The notes beneath the pieces were generated by a model, which was not told the origin of the DNA, did not search any database, and was given only the letters and a program-made list of their open reading frames with translations. Below are positions 8,258 to 17,759 of a stretch of DNA of 64,000 nucleotides, piece after piece. Location: IMG/VR virus record IMGVR_UViG_3300009193_000001; one strand, written 5' to 3'. This DNA is from a virus. Taxonomy: Duplodnaviria; Heunggongvirae; Uroviricota; Caudoviricetes. The number at the start of each line of letters is the position of its first letter. Position 1 is the first letter of the stretch. Both the position numbers and the translations under genes were made by a program.

Positions 8258-8833
8258 ATGATACAAAATGAAATAGATATAGCTAAGCAATATTATATAA
8301 GTAAACAATATAGTAGTAAAAGGTTGGGTATACCATTCGTATTGTCATTTGATGAATTAATAGATAAGATACATGAAGCTGGTATATTTCCTAGTGATAT
8401 TGGCTGTAGGCGTGGACAATATGTTCTTGGTAGAAAGTGCCAAAATACATCAAAAACTGATGGCGATTTACCATATTATATAAATACTTGTAGATTTATT
8501 ACTAAGCACGACAATGATATAGAGCGAGTTATGCCAGTGACAGATGAGCATAAATATAATTTATCGGTTGCTTTATTAAATGGAAACAACTTTAGTAGAG
8601 GTAATAAGGGTTCCGACTCCTTGAAGTTTAAAGGTTGGTACATAACACCTAAAGGGAAGTTCGACGATATGAAACTGGCTGGTATAGCTAACGGTATATC
8701 ACCTAGAACTATACATAGTTGGTGTGGAAAAGAAAATGAACGAGTGTTCAAGAAAAGTAGGAAAGGTTCTACTACGTTGGACATGTTGGGCAAAACGCCT
8801 AAGGATTTAGGATTTGGGTTTTTGTCTAAATAA
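8258..8833 (+). CDS. HNH_3-like homing-endonuclease-like protein (paralog of 2107..2766)
   Basis: Same conserved block as ORF 2107 (LSFDELIDKIHEAGIFPSDIG...LGRKC...TDGDLPYYINTCRFITKHDN). Confidence 0.45.
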   Translation: MIQNEIDIAKQYYISKQYSSKRLGIPFVLSFDELIDKIHEAGIFPSDIGCRRGQYVLGRKCQNTSKTDGDLPYYINTCRFITKHDNDIERVMPVTDEHKYNLSVALLNGNNFSRGNKGSDSLKFKGWYITPKGKFDDMKLAGIANGISPRTIHSWCGKENERVFKKSRKGSTTLDMLGKTPKDLGFGFLSK

Positions 8834-8844
8834 TAGGAGATACC

Positions 8845-9450
8845 ATGATACAGAAACTATCACCTTATCAGGCTTGTAAGTTGTTTATGAACATCAGGAC
8901 GCATTTTAGTAATGAGAAATTTGATATAACTGCGTCTAACGGTATCCGATACAGTGAAGCGAGTTTCGAAAAGCGCAAAGATAAAGGCTACTTCACGAAA
9001 CTGGCACACGAATACGCTTCCGGTGATTTAGGTTACTACTTTATGAGTAACTTAATAGATGGAAACGAACATCCGTCAGGGATGATGGATATAACATATC
9101 GGGAATGGAAGGCACGAATGCATAAGATTGAGCACATCTTCAATGAAGATTGTATGTTGATTTATTCGCATATGATGCAACAGGAACTGACGTTTAATGA
9201 TTTCTTCGTGTCCAACAATGGTGGACTCCCGATATCAATACAAATGCTAAACGGTAACATGATAAGCATAGAAACTATTTGCCTTATAGATGCACTCTTT
9301 GATGGGTTCATTATCCAACGAATGGACACGCAAATAACAGATAGGTTTGTCTGGGACAAGATTAGAATTAGAATTGTTAAATATGCACCATGGATAAAAC
9401 GATATTATAAAGCTGAAGAAATTAAAGCTATACTACGAAATTACACTTAA
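8845..9450 (+). CDS. 59: Helicase loader, T4 gp59-like
   Basis: FEKRKDKGYFTKLAHEY vs T4 gp59 YQKRRDKYFFQKLSEKY; MISIETICLIDALF vs IISFETFILLDSF; similar length. Confidence 0.7.
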   Translation: MIQKLSPYQACKLFMNIRTHFSNEKFDITASNGIRYSEASFEKRKDKGYFTKLAHEYASGDLGYYFMSNLIDGNEHPSGMMDITYREWKARMHKIEHIFNEDCMLIYSHMMQQELTFNDFFVSNNGGLPISIQMLNGNMISIETICLIDALFDGFIIQRMDTQITDRFVWDKIRIRIVKYAPWIKRYYKAEEIKAILRNYT

Positions 9451-9475
9451 ATTATAAAACTTAAAGGATAAAAAT

Positions 9476-10558
9476 ATGTCATTCGCAAATATGAAGAAAA
9501 ACAACGCTAGCGCACTACAAGGTTTACAGGCACAAGTACAGCAGTCATTAGAAAACCAAAATGGTGGCGTAGCAAAAGACCCACGCTTCTGGAAACACAC
9601 ATACGACAAAACTACTAAAGTTGGTAGTGCTGTTATTCGCTTCTTACCGTTTGGTGATGGTGAGCGTCTACCTTGGGCATCATGGCAGGGTTACAACTTT
9701 AAAACGGCTGCAGGTAGCTATTGGAACCGTTCACGAGTAACTATTGGCCAACCAGACCCAATGGCAGAAATCAACAAAACTGCATGGGCGCGTAATTTAG
9801 CTGGTGACCAAAATGGTTGTAAAGACCGCACAATTAAGAAACGTTTTGTTGCGAACATTGTGGTCATTAGTGACCCAGCGAACCCACAAAACAACGGCCA
9901 GAACTTCTTATATGAATACGGTCCTTCTATCCAAGACTTGATTTTGGCTAAGATGGCACCAAAATACGAAGACCAAGCAAAGGTTCCAGTATTTGATTGG
10001 TGGAAAGGTGCAAACTTTGAGCTTCGTTCATGTGAAGATAAAAAGTTCTTAAGCTATAAAGATAGTACTTTTGCTCCGGCAGGTCCATTACATCCAGATG
10101 ATGCAGTGCTTGAGAAAATCTACAACGGTATGCATGATTTGGTTGAGTTCGAGAAAGAAGAAGGCAACTATAAGTCTTACGATGACTTGAAAGCTGATGC
10201 GATTAAAGTATTGGGTGCACGTTTCGTCGCTGGTATCTTCGGTGAAGAATTCTCGCCTGAAGCTGCAGCGCAAAGTGGTGGTAATCCTTTTGGTCAAGCC
10301 CAACAGCAAGCCCAAAAGCAAGCAGCACCTCAAGGTAATCCTTTTGGTCAACAGCAAGCAGCGGTAAGTAATGAGCCAGCGGCAGCAGGTAACCCGTTTG
10401 AACAGCAAGCAGCCAGTAATGAGCCAGCGGCAGCAGGTAACCCGTTTGAACAGCAAGCAGCCAGTAATGAGCCAGCGGCAGCAGGTAACCCGTTTGAACA
10501 GCAAGCAGCAAGCACTGAAAATGTAGCAGCCGACCCATTTGCAAATATTCCTTTGTAA
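9476..10558 (+). CDS. 32: Single-stranded DNA-binding protein, T4 gp32-like, with repeat C-terminal tail
   Basis: [12 protein letters not shown] vs T4 [37 protein letters not shown] vs [33 protein letters not shown] vs WEGANFVLK. C-terminus holds 5 GNPF(G/E)QQ motifs including 3 perfect 48-bp repeats. Confidence 0.9.
   Translation: [360 protein letters not shown]
10367..10510 (+). repeat. 3 x 48-bp perfect tandem repeat in the gp32 3' end
   Basis: Unit agtaatgagccagcggcagcaggtaacccgtttgaacagcaagcagcc at 10367, 10415, 10463. Confidence 0.9.
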
Positions 10559-10644
10559 TTTGGTTGAAGTGTAGTATAATGTAGTTATCTAAGGTGGCTG
10601 GAATGGTCTAGCCACCGAATATTAAAATTTTTGGAGAATATTAA

Positions 10645-10845
10645 ATGTCAGTACAATTAAATGAGCGTAAATTAGAATTAGCAGCCGACGTAGTAAAATT
10701 TGTTGAACAGTACAACGATTGCATAAGCCAAACAGACGTATTACGCAAATGTGAATCAGTTGATGACTTTGATGCATTAGAAGATGAAGTAACAATCGCT
10801 ATCGATACAGGCAACATCGAAGCACTATCTGAAGCACTAATTTAA
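10645..10845 (+). CDS. Small acidic hypothetical protein
   Basis: 66 aa, about 26 percent Asp+Glu; GGAGAA RBS. Sits where T4 carries gene 33/dsbA between 32/59 and rnh (positional only). Confidence 0.4.
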   Translation: MSVQLNERKLELAADVVKFVEQYNDCISQTDVLRKCESVDDFDALEDEVTIAIDTGNIEALSEALI

Positions 10846-10856
10846 TAGGTGATGTT

Positions 10857-11039
10857 ATGGCGAAGACAGTCAAGGTAAAAAAACATAAGCGCGACGGAGT
10901 GGTTGTCGAAGCACACGACAGAGAAATCACCCGTGGTAAAGAATCACTATCAAACAAGATTAAAAGTAAGGCCATAGAAAAAGCTAAAGGCCAGAAATTA
11001 AAGAAACTATTTTTTGGAGAGAACAATGATACTACTTGA
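10857..11039 (+). CDS. Small basic (Lys-rich) hypothetical protein
   Basis: 60 aa, K/R-rich; follows the acidic ORF. Confidence 0.35.
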   Translation: MAKTVKVKKHKRDGVVVEAHDREITRGKESLSNKIKSKAIEKAKGQKLKKLFFGENNDTT

Positions 11040-11943
11040 TTTTAGTGCGATTATATTTGCTGCGATTCATGTTGATATTAAAGGTGGAACTAAACCAAAC
11101 TTTGAATACATTCGCCACTTAGCACTTAATACAATTCGTCACCAGAACAACATGCATAAACGAGAATACGGTGAAATGTATTTGATATTTGATTCGAAGT
11201 CTTGGAGACAGTCAGCGTTCCCACTATATAAATGGGCAAGACAACACGACCGAGAAATAAATCCAGACCAAGATTGGGAAGTTTTATTTGAAATGGTAGA
11301 GGAAATAAAGCGCACATTAATTGAGCATTTCCCATACCCATCGGTAGAAGTTAAGTTTGCCGAAGCAGATGATATTATCGGTGTCATGTGTAGAAACGCC
11401 AAAGAAAAGGTTTTGGTTAGTTCAAACGATAAAGATTTCGGTGGTTTGTTGAAGTATAAGCGAGTGTCACAATATAGACCGTCGCAGAAAAGCTTCCTTG
11501 AAATAGCAGACCCAGTACGGTTCGAATATGAATTGATAATGAAAGGCGATAAGTCTGATGGTGTTCCAAACATATTCAGTCCTGATGATTTTCTAAAGCA
11601 GCAGGTACTAGATAAAGAAGCCGGATTAAAGCCACAACGTGCTAAGCCAGTATCACAAAAATATATGGATAGTATGTGGGAAGTATACAGTTCGAATGAT
11701 GAGGCATTAATCGAAAAAGAGTTTGGCCCATTATATAAAAACTTTAGACGCAACCGTAGATTAGTATCATTAGACTGGATACCAGATATTTTAGTTGATT
11801 CGATAAATAAACAGTTGCAAAACTTAACAAGACAGCCTATCATGAAGGCTATGGAATATATGACAACGAACAGAATGACTTTGATGGCGCACCACTTAGG
11901 TGACTTCGAACCAAACCGTACGTTAAAAACATCTTTAATTTAG
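11026..11943 (+). CDS. rnh: RNase H / 5'-3' exonuclease (FEN family), T4 rnh-like
   Basis: LLDFSAIIFAAIHVDI vs T4 LIDFSQIALSTALVNF; SSNDKDFGGL vs SSDGDFTQL; GGAGAG RBS before ATG 11026. Confidence 0.8.
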   Translation: MILLDFSAIIFAAIHVDIKGGTKPNFEYIRHLALNTIRHQNNMHKREYGEMYLIFDSKSWRQSAFPLYKWARQHDREINPDQDWEVLFEMVEEIKRTLIEHFPYPSVEVKFAEADDIIGVMCRNAKEKVLVSSNDKDFGGLLKYKRVSQYRPSQKSFLEIADPVRFEYELIMKGDKSDGVPNIFSPDDFLKQQVLDKEAGLKPQRAKPVSQKYMDSMWEVYSSNDEALIEKEFGPLYKNFRRNRRLVSLDWIPDILVDSINKQLQNLTRQPIMKAMEYMTTNRMTLMAHHLGDFEPNRTLKTSLI

Positions 11944-11952
11944 GAGAAATTT

Positions 11953-12624
11953 ATGAAAATATCAGAAGAAACATTAATCGTATTAGGCAACATGGCCAAA
12001 CTAAACCCACACTTAGTAATCGAAGCCGGAAGTAAAATCCGAAGCATCAATGAAATTGGTTCTTACATCATCGAAGTTGAATGTAATGAAACGTTCCCAG
12101 TGCAGGTTGCACTACACGACTTAGGTGGCTTCCTGAAGGTATTAAGTATCTTCGAAGAGCCAGAGTTAACATTCACTGATAAGTATGTTGAAATCACTGA
12201 TGAATTCGCCTCACAAAAATATTATTTTTCTGAGCCGGACGAGCTAATTTACGACAACGACGAAGCTACCCAATTAGATTTTGGTATAAACTTCAAGTTA
12301 GAATTCGCGAAGTTCGACCGAGCATTAAAAGCTGCTGGCGTTAATGGCGTAGAAGATATCATATTTGTTGGTACAGATGCTGGTATATTCTTGGAAGCAT
12401 CAGATAAAGAAAACCCAACTCGTGCATTCACTATCCAAGTAAGTGAAGAAAACCATGGCGAATTTAGAGCATGTATGCGCCATGGCAAGAAAAACAAAAT
12501 CGGTGTGTTGCCAATGGATTACGATGTTAGTATCTGTAAAGATGGCGCTATCCGTTTCGCATCAGACATCGAAGAGTTTGATTTAGTGTACTTAATGGCT
12601 TTAGAAGCCGATTCTGAATTTTAA
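11953..12624 (+). CDS. 45: Sliding clamp, T4 gp45-like
   Basis: Length 223 aa vs 228 in T4; C-terminus YLMALEADSEF vs T4 YVVALEADSTHDF; N-terminus MKISEETLIVLGNMAKLN vs MKLSKDTTALLKNFATIN. Confidence 0.85.
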   Translation: MKISEETLIVLGNMAKLNPHLVIEAGSKIRSINEIGSYIIEVECNETFPVQVALHDLGGFLKVLSIFEEPELTFTDKYVEITDEFASQKYYFSEPDELIYDNDEATQLDFGINFKLEFAKFDRALKAAGVNGVEDIIFVGTDAGIFLEASDKENPTRAFTIQVSEENHGEFRACMRHGKKNKIGVLPMDYDVSICKDGAIRFASDIEEFDLVYLMALEADSEF

Positions 12625-12634
12625 GGAGTAACAT

Positions 12635-13243
12635 ATGGCAGATTACGACGAACAGCGAGAATTCCATGAAATGTTAGATGGAATTAAAAACGGTGATGTG
12701 TTTACTTGGCACGGTAACTCCGATAAAACATATGGCTTAGCTGATGGTGATGTTTATATTGCATTATCAGATAAACCAGACATTTTACACAGAGAAAAGG
12801 ATACTGGCCGTTACATTATTATCCGTTCACCTAGTGGACATGTATGTTTATCTACTGGCGACATCAAGAAATGTGGATATATATTGCAAGGTAACGAACG
12901 TATAGTTACTAAGCCATTAAATCGCCCACCATTTTGGTTATCATTAGAACCTAATGCACCTGTTGTATCAGATGGTAAATCATCATCATATTACAACCTG
13001 TTACTGAATGAGCGTTTAACTAAAAAGATAAAAGACCAGCTAGAAAAAGGTGAGCCGTTAAATCTTGAAACTGGCGACATTATCGAAATGATGTTTGGTA
13101 ATGACTTCGACTTTGGTAATATCGAAAAGGCATTACGTCGAATATTCGAAGCCAAGCATGGTCGCGGTAAAGCCGGAGTTGATATTAAATATGATATTAA
13201 CAAGTGCCATTATTTTCTTGACCAGATAGAAGAAAAATGTTAA
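12635..13243 (+). CDS. Hypothetical protein
   Basis: 202-aa ORF, AGGAG RBS; no motif recognised. Confidence 0.5.
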   Translation: MADYDEQREFHEMLDGIKNGDVFTWHGNSDKTYGLADGDVYIALSDKPDILHREKDTGRYIIIRSPSGHVCLSTGDIKKCGYILQGNERIVTKPLNRPPFWLSLEPNAPVVSDGKSSSYYNLLLNERLTKKIKDQLEKGEPLNLETGDIIEMMFGNDFDFGNIEKALRRIFEAKHGRGKAGVDIKYDINKCHYFLDQIEEKC

Positions 13244-13249
13244 TTTATA

Positions 13250-13831
13250 ATGATTATTTTTAGTGATGCTTTATATAATCAGGATAAAATCGCTGGAGTA
13301 TACGTAATATACTCTGGTGATGGTGTCCCTCTGTATTGTGGTCAGTCTTGCAACATTATGGAAAGGTTGGGAGTTCATAGGAAATGGGTCAGCGATAGTT
13401 ATTATGCCGAGATTATACTATTAGAACCAAACAAGCACCTACGGATGGAATTTGAGGGTCTATACCATGATGTGTGTGGGTATACTTTATTATCCAAGAA
13501 ATACAATGGGCGAGATACACCATGTAAATTTAATGGTATGGAGTTTGATAGTAAAACTGATATGTACAATCATGTTTCTGATATTGGTGGTATATCCACC
13601 ACCACGGTAGAGAAATATATACGCAAATATAATTGTAAAACGTTATTAGATATATTAACATTGGGTAATAATGAGCAGCAATCTAGAATCGATGCCGTAT
13701 CAGCATCAAATGCTCGTAGGGTCGGAAAAAAACTTAATATGAAACCTAAGATATGCCCACATTGTGGTGCTGAAGGTAAAGGAGGCAATATGACAAGATA
13801 TCATTTCAACAATTGCAAAGATTCATCATGA
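13250..13831 (+). CDS. GIY-YIG homing endonuclease (Seg-like) with C-terminal zinc finger
   Basis: GVYVIYSGDGVPLYCGQSCNIMERLGVH equals GIY-x10-YxG...R..H; C-terminal CPHCG...C Zn-binding/NUMOD-like segment. Confidence 0.7.
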   Translation: MIIFSDALYNQDKIAGVYVIYSGDGVPLYCGQSCNIMERLGVHRKWVSDSYYAEIILLEPNKHLRMEFEGLYHDVCGYTLLSKKYNGRDTPCKFNGMEFDSKTDMYNHVSDIGGISTTTVEKYIRKYNCKTLLDILTLGNNEQQSRIDAVSASNARRVGKKLNMKPKICPHCGAEGKGGNMTRYHFNNCKDSS

Positions 13832-15372
13832 ATGTATATGATACTACTGTATACTTCATAAAGACTAGTGAAGTATATGGGACGATTCAATGCCAAGATT
13901 TTGATACCATTGTAGCATTAAGAGAATACTTTAGTTTCTTTGCCGATGGTTACCAGTTCCAACCTAGCTTCATCAATTTACAATGGGATGGCAAAATTCG
14001 TCTGATTGATGCTAGCAATCAAATTCGTCTGGGTCTATGGCATGAGGTAAAATCGTTCTGTGAGCGATATAATTTACCATTCATGTTGGACCCAAAAATT
14101 CAACGGTTTAGTTTAGACAAGAAAAAGTTCGAAGGTTTTGTTGAAAACTTAGACGTTCATGCTGGTGGTGATTCGATTACTCCATACGACTATCAAGTTG
14201 ACGCAGCACATCATGCATTAGAAAGTCAGCGTTGTTTATTGCTATCACCGACATCTTCGGGAAAGTCCCTGATACAGTATATGCTGATACGAATGTATGA
14301 AAAGATACTACCGGACCAGAAAATGCTAATAATCGTTCCTACGGTCGGTTTGGTCACTCAAATGCAAGGTGACTTCAATGATTATAGTTCGAATATTGAA
14401 TGGGATGCGGAATCTAGCATTCATGGTATAAAAGCTGGCGTATGTAAGGATACAAATAAACATATTGTTGTCTCAACATACCAAAGTTTAATCCGTGTTG
14501 ATGTGTCGTTCTTTCATCAGTTTAGTGCTATCATGTGCGACGAAGTTCATACCGCCACGGCTAAAAGTATTACTCGCATTTTAGATAACGGTGTTAATGC
14601 ATCATGGAGAGTTGGACTTACTGGAACACTAGATGAGTGTAAAACCAATAAACTTATACTTACTGGTATGTTTGGTCCAGTGTATACAGTAATATCAACA
14701 AAAGAACTTATGGACTCTGGCCAAGTCGCTCAGTTGAAGGTTAATGTAGCACTACTGAAGCATAACGAAAAAGATTGTAAGTTTATGCGGTCAGCACCAC
14801 GTGGCCCAATAGAAGAATCAACCGGAAAGAAGAAGCGAGTTAAGGCGACATATAAAGAAGAGATAGATTTTATTATATCTTCTGAAGCCAGAAATAAATT
14901 CATAATGAATTTTACCGCCAAACTTAAAGGTAATTCTATACTAATGATAAATATCGTAGAACATGGCGAGAATTTATTTAAGTGGATGAAGGCAGCATTC
15001 CCAGATAGAGAAATTTATTTATATACTGGGGCAACAAAAGCAGACGAACGAGAAGAGATTCGTCAATTAATGGAGAAGTCAGAAAATGCAATTATTATTG
15101 GTAGTTTGGGTGTGCTTAGCACTGGAATTAGTATTAAACGCTTACATAATCTTGTGTTCGCTCATCCTAGTAAATCCAGAGTCAAGGTGTTACAAAGCGT
15201 TGGTAGGTTGTTGCGCTTATCTAAGTTCGGCAATCTTGTCCATATGTTTGATATGGTGGATGATTTCTTAATTGGTGCCTACGAAAATTATACGTATGGC
15301 CATGGCCAGAAGCGAGTTAGTTTCTACCACGACCAACAATTCGATACCGAAGTATTTAAAGTGACATTATAG
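13813..15372 (+). CDS. uvsW: SF2 DExH helicase, UvsW-like
   Basis: Walker A SPTSSGKS, DExH box MCDEVHTA, helicase C-terminal motifs; size 519 aa. Alternative start at 13828. Confidence 0.7.
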   Translation: MQRFIMNVYDTTVYFIKTSEVYGTIQCQDFDTIVALREYFSFFADGYQFQPSFINLQWDGKIRLIDASNQIRLGLWHEVKSFCERYNLPFMLDPKIQRFSLDKKKFEGFVENLDVHAGGDSITPYDYQVDAAHHALESQRCLLLSPTSSGKSLIQYMLIRMYEKILPDQKMLIIVPTVGLVTQMQGDFNDYSSNIEWDAESSIHGIKAGVCKDTNKHIVVSTYQSLIRVDVSFFHQFSAIMCDEVHTATAKSITRILDNGVNASWRVGLTGTLDECKTNKLILTGMFGPVYTVISTKELMDSGQVAQLKVNVALLKHNEKDCKFMRSAPRGPIEESTGKKKRVKATYKEEIDFIISSEARNKFIMNFTAKLKGNSILMINIVEHGENLFKWMKAAFPDREIYLYTGATKADEREEIRQLMEKSENAIIIGSLGVLSTGISIKRLHNLVFAHPSKSRVKVLQSVGRLLRLSKFGNLVHMFDMVDDFLIGAYENYTYGHGQKRVSFYHDQQFDTEVFKVTL

Positions 15373-15373
15373 C

Positions 15374-15410
15374 TTGACATTAGCTTGGGACTCTGTAAAA
15401 TGGGTTCCAA
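15374..15410 (+). promoter_or_regulatory. Promoter TTGACA-16-TAAAAT with IR agcttgg/ccaagct
   Basis: TTGACA 15374-15379, TAAAAT 15396-15401, IR arms flank the -10. Confidence 0.5.
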
Positions 15411-15431
15411 GCTAAGTTGTTTGGAGAAACA

Positions 15432-15560
15432 CATGAAGAAACCTAAATCTACATTAAAGCAATTAAAACATATAAAACTAGTTGCACCCGTTTGCCCTAT
15501 ATGTAATACTAGGGTTTATTCGTTAACAGACAACACACATATTAAAGGTAAAGGACATTA
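15432..15560 (+). CDS. Small CxxC protein (42 aa)
   Basis: MKKPKSTLKQLKHIKLVAPVCPICNTRVYS...; preceded by promoter 15374..15401; below ORF-track cutoff. Confidence 0.3.
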
Positions 15561-15562
15561 AC

Positions 15563-15979
15563 ATGAAGTTATTAACTGTATTAACATTAGGTTTATATAA
15601 AACTAAGCCAGCGATGACTGTAAAGAAATCATCAGTAAAGAAACCATTGCGTCCATTTATCGAAGATGTGTGGCAGCTAAAAGACCATAGCGAATGGATA
15701 ACACCATTACCAGAAACAATCACACGTATTGAAATTCTAAACGTATCAAGAGATGGTGATAAGGTTCTGTGTCGTAAAATTATACAAGACGGTAAAGCTG
15801 TATCTGTAAAACTCAAACAAGAAATGTTGATGTGCACACTACATTCAATGTATCGATTATATGAGTCACCGTTAAGAACTCGGTCTAAACATGAGCGCGA
15901 GTTTATGAATAGGCATAATAAACCATTAAGTAAGGTTCCACCAATGCCACCATGCAAGCCACCATTAAGGAAGATATAA
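15563..15979 (+). CDS. Hypothetical protein (hydrophobic N-terminus, Pro-rich C-terminus)
   Basis: 138-aa ORF with N-terminal hydrophobic segment and PPMPPCKPPL tail. Confidence 0.45.
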   Translation: MKLLTVLTLGLYKTKPAMTVKKSSVKKPLRPFIEDVWQLKDHSEWITPLPETITRIEILNVSRDGDKVLCRKIIQDGKAVSVKLKQEMLMCTLHSMYRLYESPLRTRSKHEREFMNRHNKPLSKVPPMPPCKPPLRKI

Positions 15980-15981
15980 TT

Positions 15982-16284
15982 ATGCACGACCTACAAGAAC
16001 GAGTAATGGACGCAAACCATGCTAGACAAATATCGGCCAAATATATTGCTACGATTGCGAACGTAAAGGACGCATTAGTTGCTGTTAGCTTCAAGGCGCA
16101 TGAGGGTAAATACTCAGTCAGTTTTATGCATGACCGCGAATTGGAATATAAGGGCCGTAGTTTGGTTGCAGATTTCCTAAAACGGTTCCATGGTTTTGAT
16201 GTTGTCGACAGTGAAGGTGTTGATAACAAACAGAACAATCACAGAACAATTATTATTAACTGGAGAAAAGATAATGCTAAATAA
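15982..16284 (+). CDS. Hypothetical protein
   Basis: ORF 15952..16284; internal ATG 15982 after a purine-rich stretch is the likelier start. Confidence 0.35.
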   Translation: MHDLQERVMDANHARQISAKYIATIANVKDALVAVSFKAHEGKYSVSFMHDRELEYKGRSLVADFLKRFHGFDVVDSEGVDNKQNNHRTIIINWRKDNAK

Positions 16285-16708
16285 AGTCCAACTGTATGCT
16301 GAACTTGATACAGACGGTAAAATCGATTTTACCAACTTAGAAGATGAATTGGCCAGATGCCCATTACTATTTTCTAAATGGCTCAAGTATCACTTCGATT
16401 ATAAGTCTGCAGAAATTCGTGGTGAATCTCTATTGGCCGAAATGGTAGTAAAGAAACAATTGTTTTATTCTGGTGCAGCGGCAGCAGAAGATTATCGTGG
16501 GCATCCTATGTCACATATTAGTGCCAAAAACTCTACAGAGATGGCTAGACTAATCGATGGAGATACTGAGTTGTGTGCTCTACGCGAAAAGGCCGACCTG
16601 AATAAAGCATTTAAGGAAGTTTGCGAGCACATGATTGAATCAATCAAGTATAGACCGAACCACCTTAAAACAATTTTAGATGTCCGCAAATTCCAATCTG
16701 GAGAATAA
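16274..16708 (+). CDS. uvsY: Recombination mediator UvsY-like
   Basis: LFSKWL vs T4 LYSKWL; FYSGAAAAEDY vs YYSGRGDGDEF; C-terminus LKTILDVRKFQSG vs IKHIQDMRAFEAG. Start at ATG 16274 (GGAGAAAAG RBS) inside the longer track ORF. Confidence 0.7.
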   Translation: MLNKVQLYAELDTDGKIDFTNLEDELARCPLLFSKWLKYHFDYKSAEIRGESLLAEMVVKKQLFYSGAAAAEDYRGHPMSHISAKNSTEMARLIDGDTELCALREKADLNKAFKEVCEHMIESIKYRPNHLKTILDVRKFQSGE

Positions 16709-16709
16709 T

Positions 16710-17189
16710 ATGTTTAGTAAAGATAAAAAGTATATGATTAAGAATTCACGAAATAAATCTGCATTAAGTTTTATTAGTTGTGATGGTGATTGCGTAAATC
16801 TAAAAGACACAGACGGTAACATATTACTATTTCTTCGAGAAGAAGTTGTGGAGTATGCAGAAGACGAGCCAATGTCTAGCGCAGAATACCACAAACAGAT
16901 GCAAGAATTAATCGCTCAAGATAACCGTCTACGTAAAGAATTAAATATGCGTTACATTTCAGAGCGTCGAAGATTCGCTAATGGTGACATTATCGTAAAT
17001 AAACAACGTCGGATAATTAAAGTAACCGGAGTTCGTTACAGTCGACCATTTTCTTTAGGTAACAGTAGTAATGTACCGATGTGTGTTTATGTTGGCGTCG
17101 AATGTACACAAAAATTAGTACCAAGAAAAGATGGTAGCAGTGGCTCGATGATTGATTCACCACATGAGCAGCTAACTAAATTAAAATAA
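16710..17189 (+). CDS. Hypothetical protein
   Basis: ORF following GGAGAATAAT RBS; no motif. Confidence 0.45.
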   Translation: MFSKDKKYMIKNSRNKSALSFISCDGDCVNLKDTDGNILLFLREEVVEYAEDEPMSSAEYHKQMQELIAQDNRLRKELNMRYISERRRFANGDIIVNKQRRIIKVTGVRYSRPFSLGNSSNVPMCVYVGVECTQKLVPRKDGSSGSMIDSPHEQLTKLK

Positions 17190-17193
17190 GTGT

Positions 17194-17220
17194 TTACTTT
17201 ACCGTAGGGTTATATATAAT
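17194..17220 (+). promoter_or_regulatory. Putative promoter TTTACT-15-TATAAT
   Basis: Weaker -35 and short spacer; upstream of gene 17256. Confidence 0.3.
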
Positions 17221-17255
17221 GACTCTATCATAAAGAAATCACACCGGAGAAGGTC

Positions 17256-17759
17256 ATGTCGCGAAAAAATAAAAATTTATCTAAGAAGAAAAACAAGCAA
17301 AATAAACCAGTTTTTGCTTCGTGTTGGGATGAGAAAGACATCATGTACCCTGCAGTATCTACCGCTAAATTTATAGAAGAAATTGAAGTGTTTGATATAT
17401 TAACCGATGATAAAGTAGATGAACCCAAATACACCCATGTGGATGAATTTATAGATTACGGTACTTCGGTCATTAGTAGTAAACGTGAAGCTGGCGAAGA
17501 TTATGCTCGCTGGTTATTAAATCATTTTAGAATGTCTGCTATGATGCGTATGGCATTTGATACATTTATGACCAATCATGAATTATACGCCCAATACGAA
17601 GGTAAAACTTATCGTGTTATTGGTGCTAGCCGTATGGGTGATGTTTGGTTAACCGATAAATTTGAAAACACCCACGGATACCAACACCGTGTAGAAGTAA
17701 CTACGCTAAGCAAGTGGTCAGACTCTTGTGATGCACCGTATGAAGGACCACAGTTATGA
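17256..17759 (+). CDS. Hypothetical protein
   Basis: 167-aa ORF with promoter-like element at 17194..17220 and GGAGAAGG RBS. Confidence 0.5.
   Translation: MSRKNKNLSKKKNKQNKPVFASCWDEKDIMYPAVSTAKFIEEIEVFDILTDDKVDEPKYTHVDEFIDYGTSVISSKREAGEDYARWLLNHFRMSAMMRMAFDTFMTNHELYAQYEGKTYRVIGASRMGDVWLTDKFENTHGYQHRVEVTTLSKWSDSCDAPYEGPQL

Noticed and set aside
10088-10544. Two minus-strand ORFs inside the gp32 gene
   Set aside because: Antisense translations of the 48-bp tandem repeat. gp32 homology on the plus strand is unambiguous.
10564-10580. Promoter TTGAAG...TATAAT upstream of gene 10645
   Set aside because: Spacer between the best -35 and -10 candidates is only 5 bp, or 15 bp with a poor -35. An IR (gtggctgg/ctagccac) follows, but the promoter call is too weak to list as a feature.
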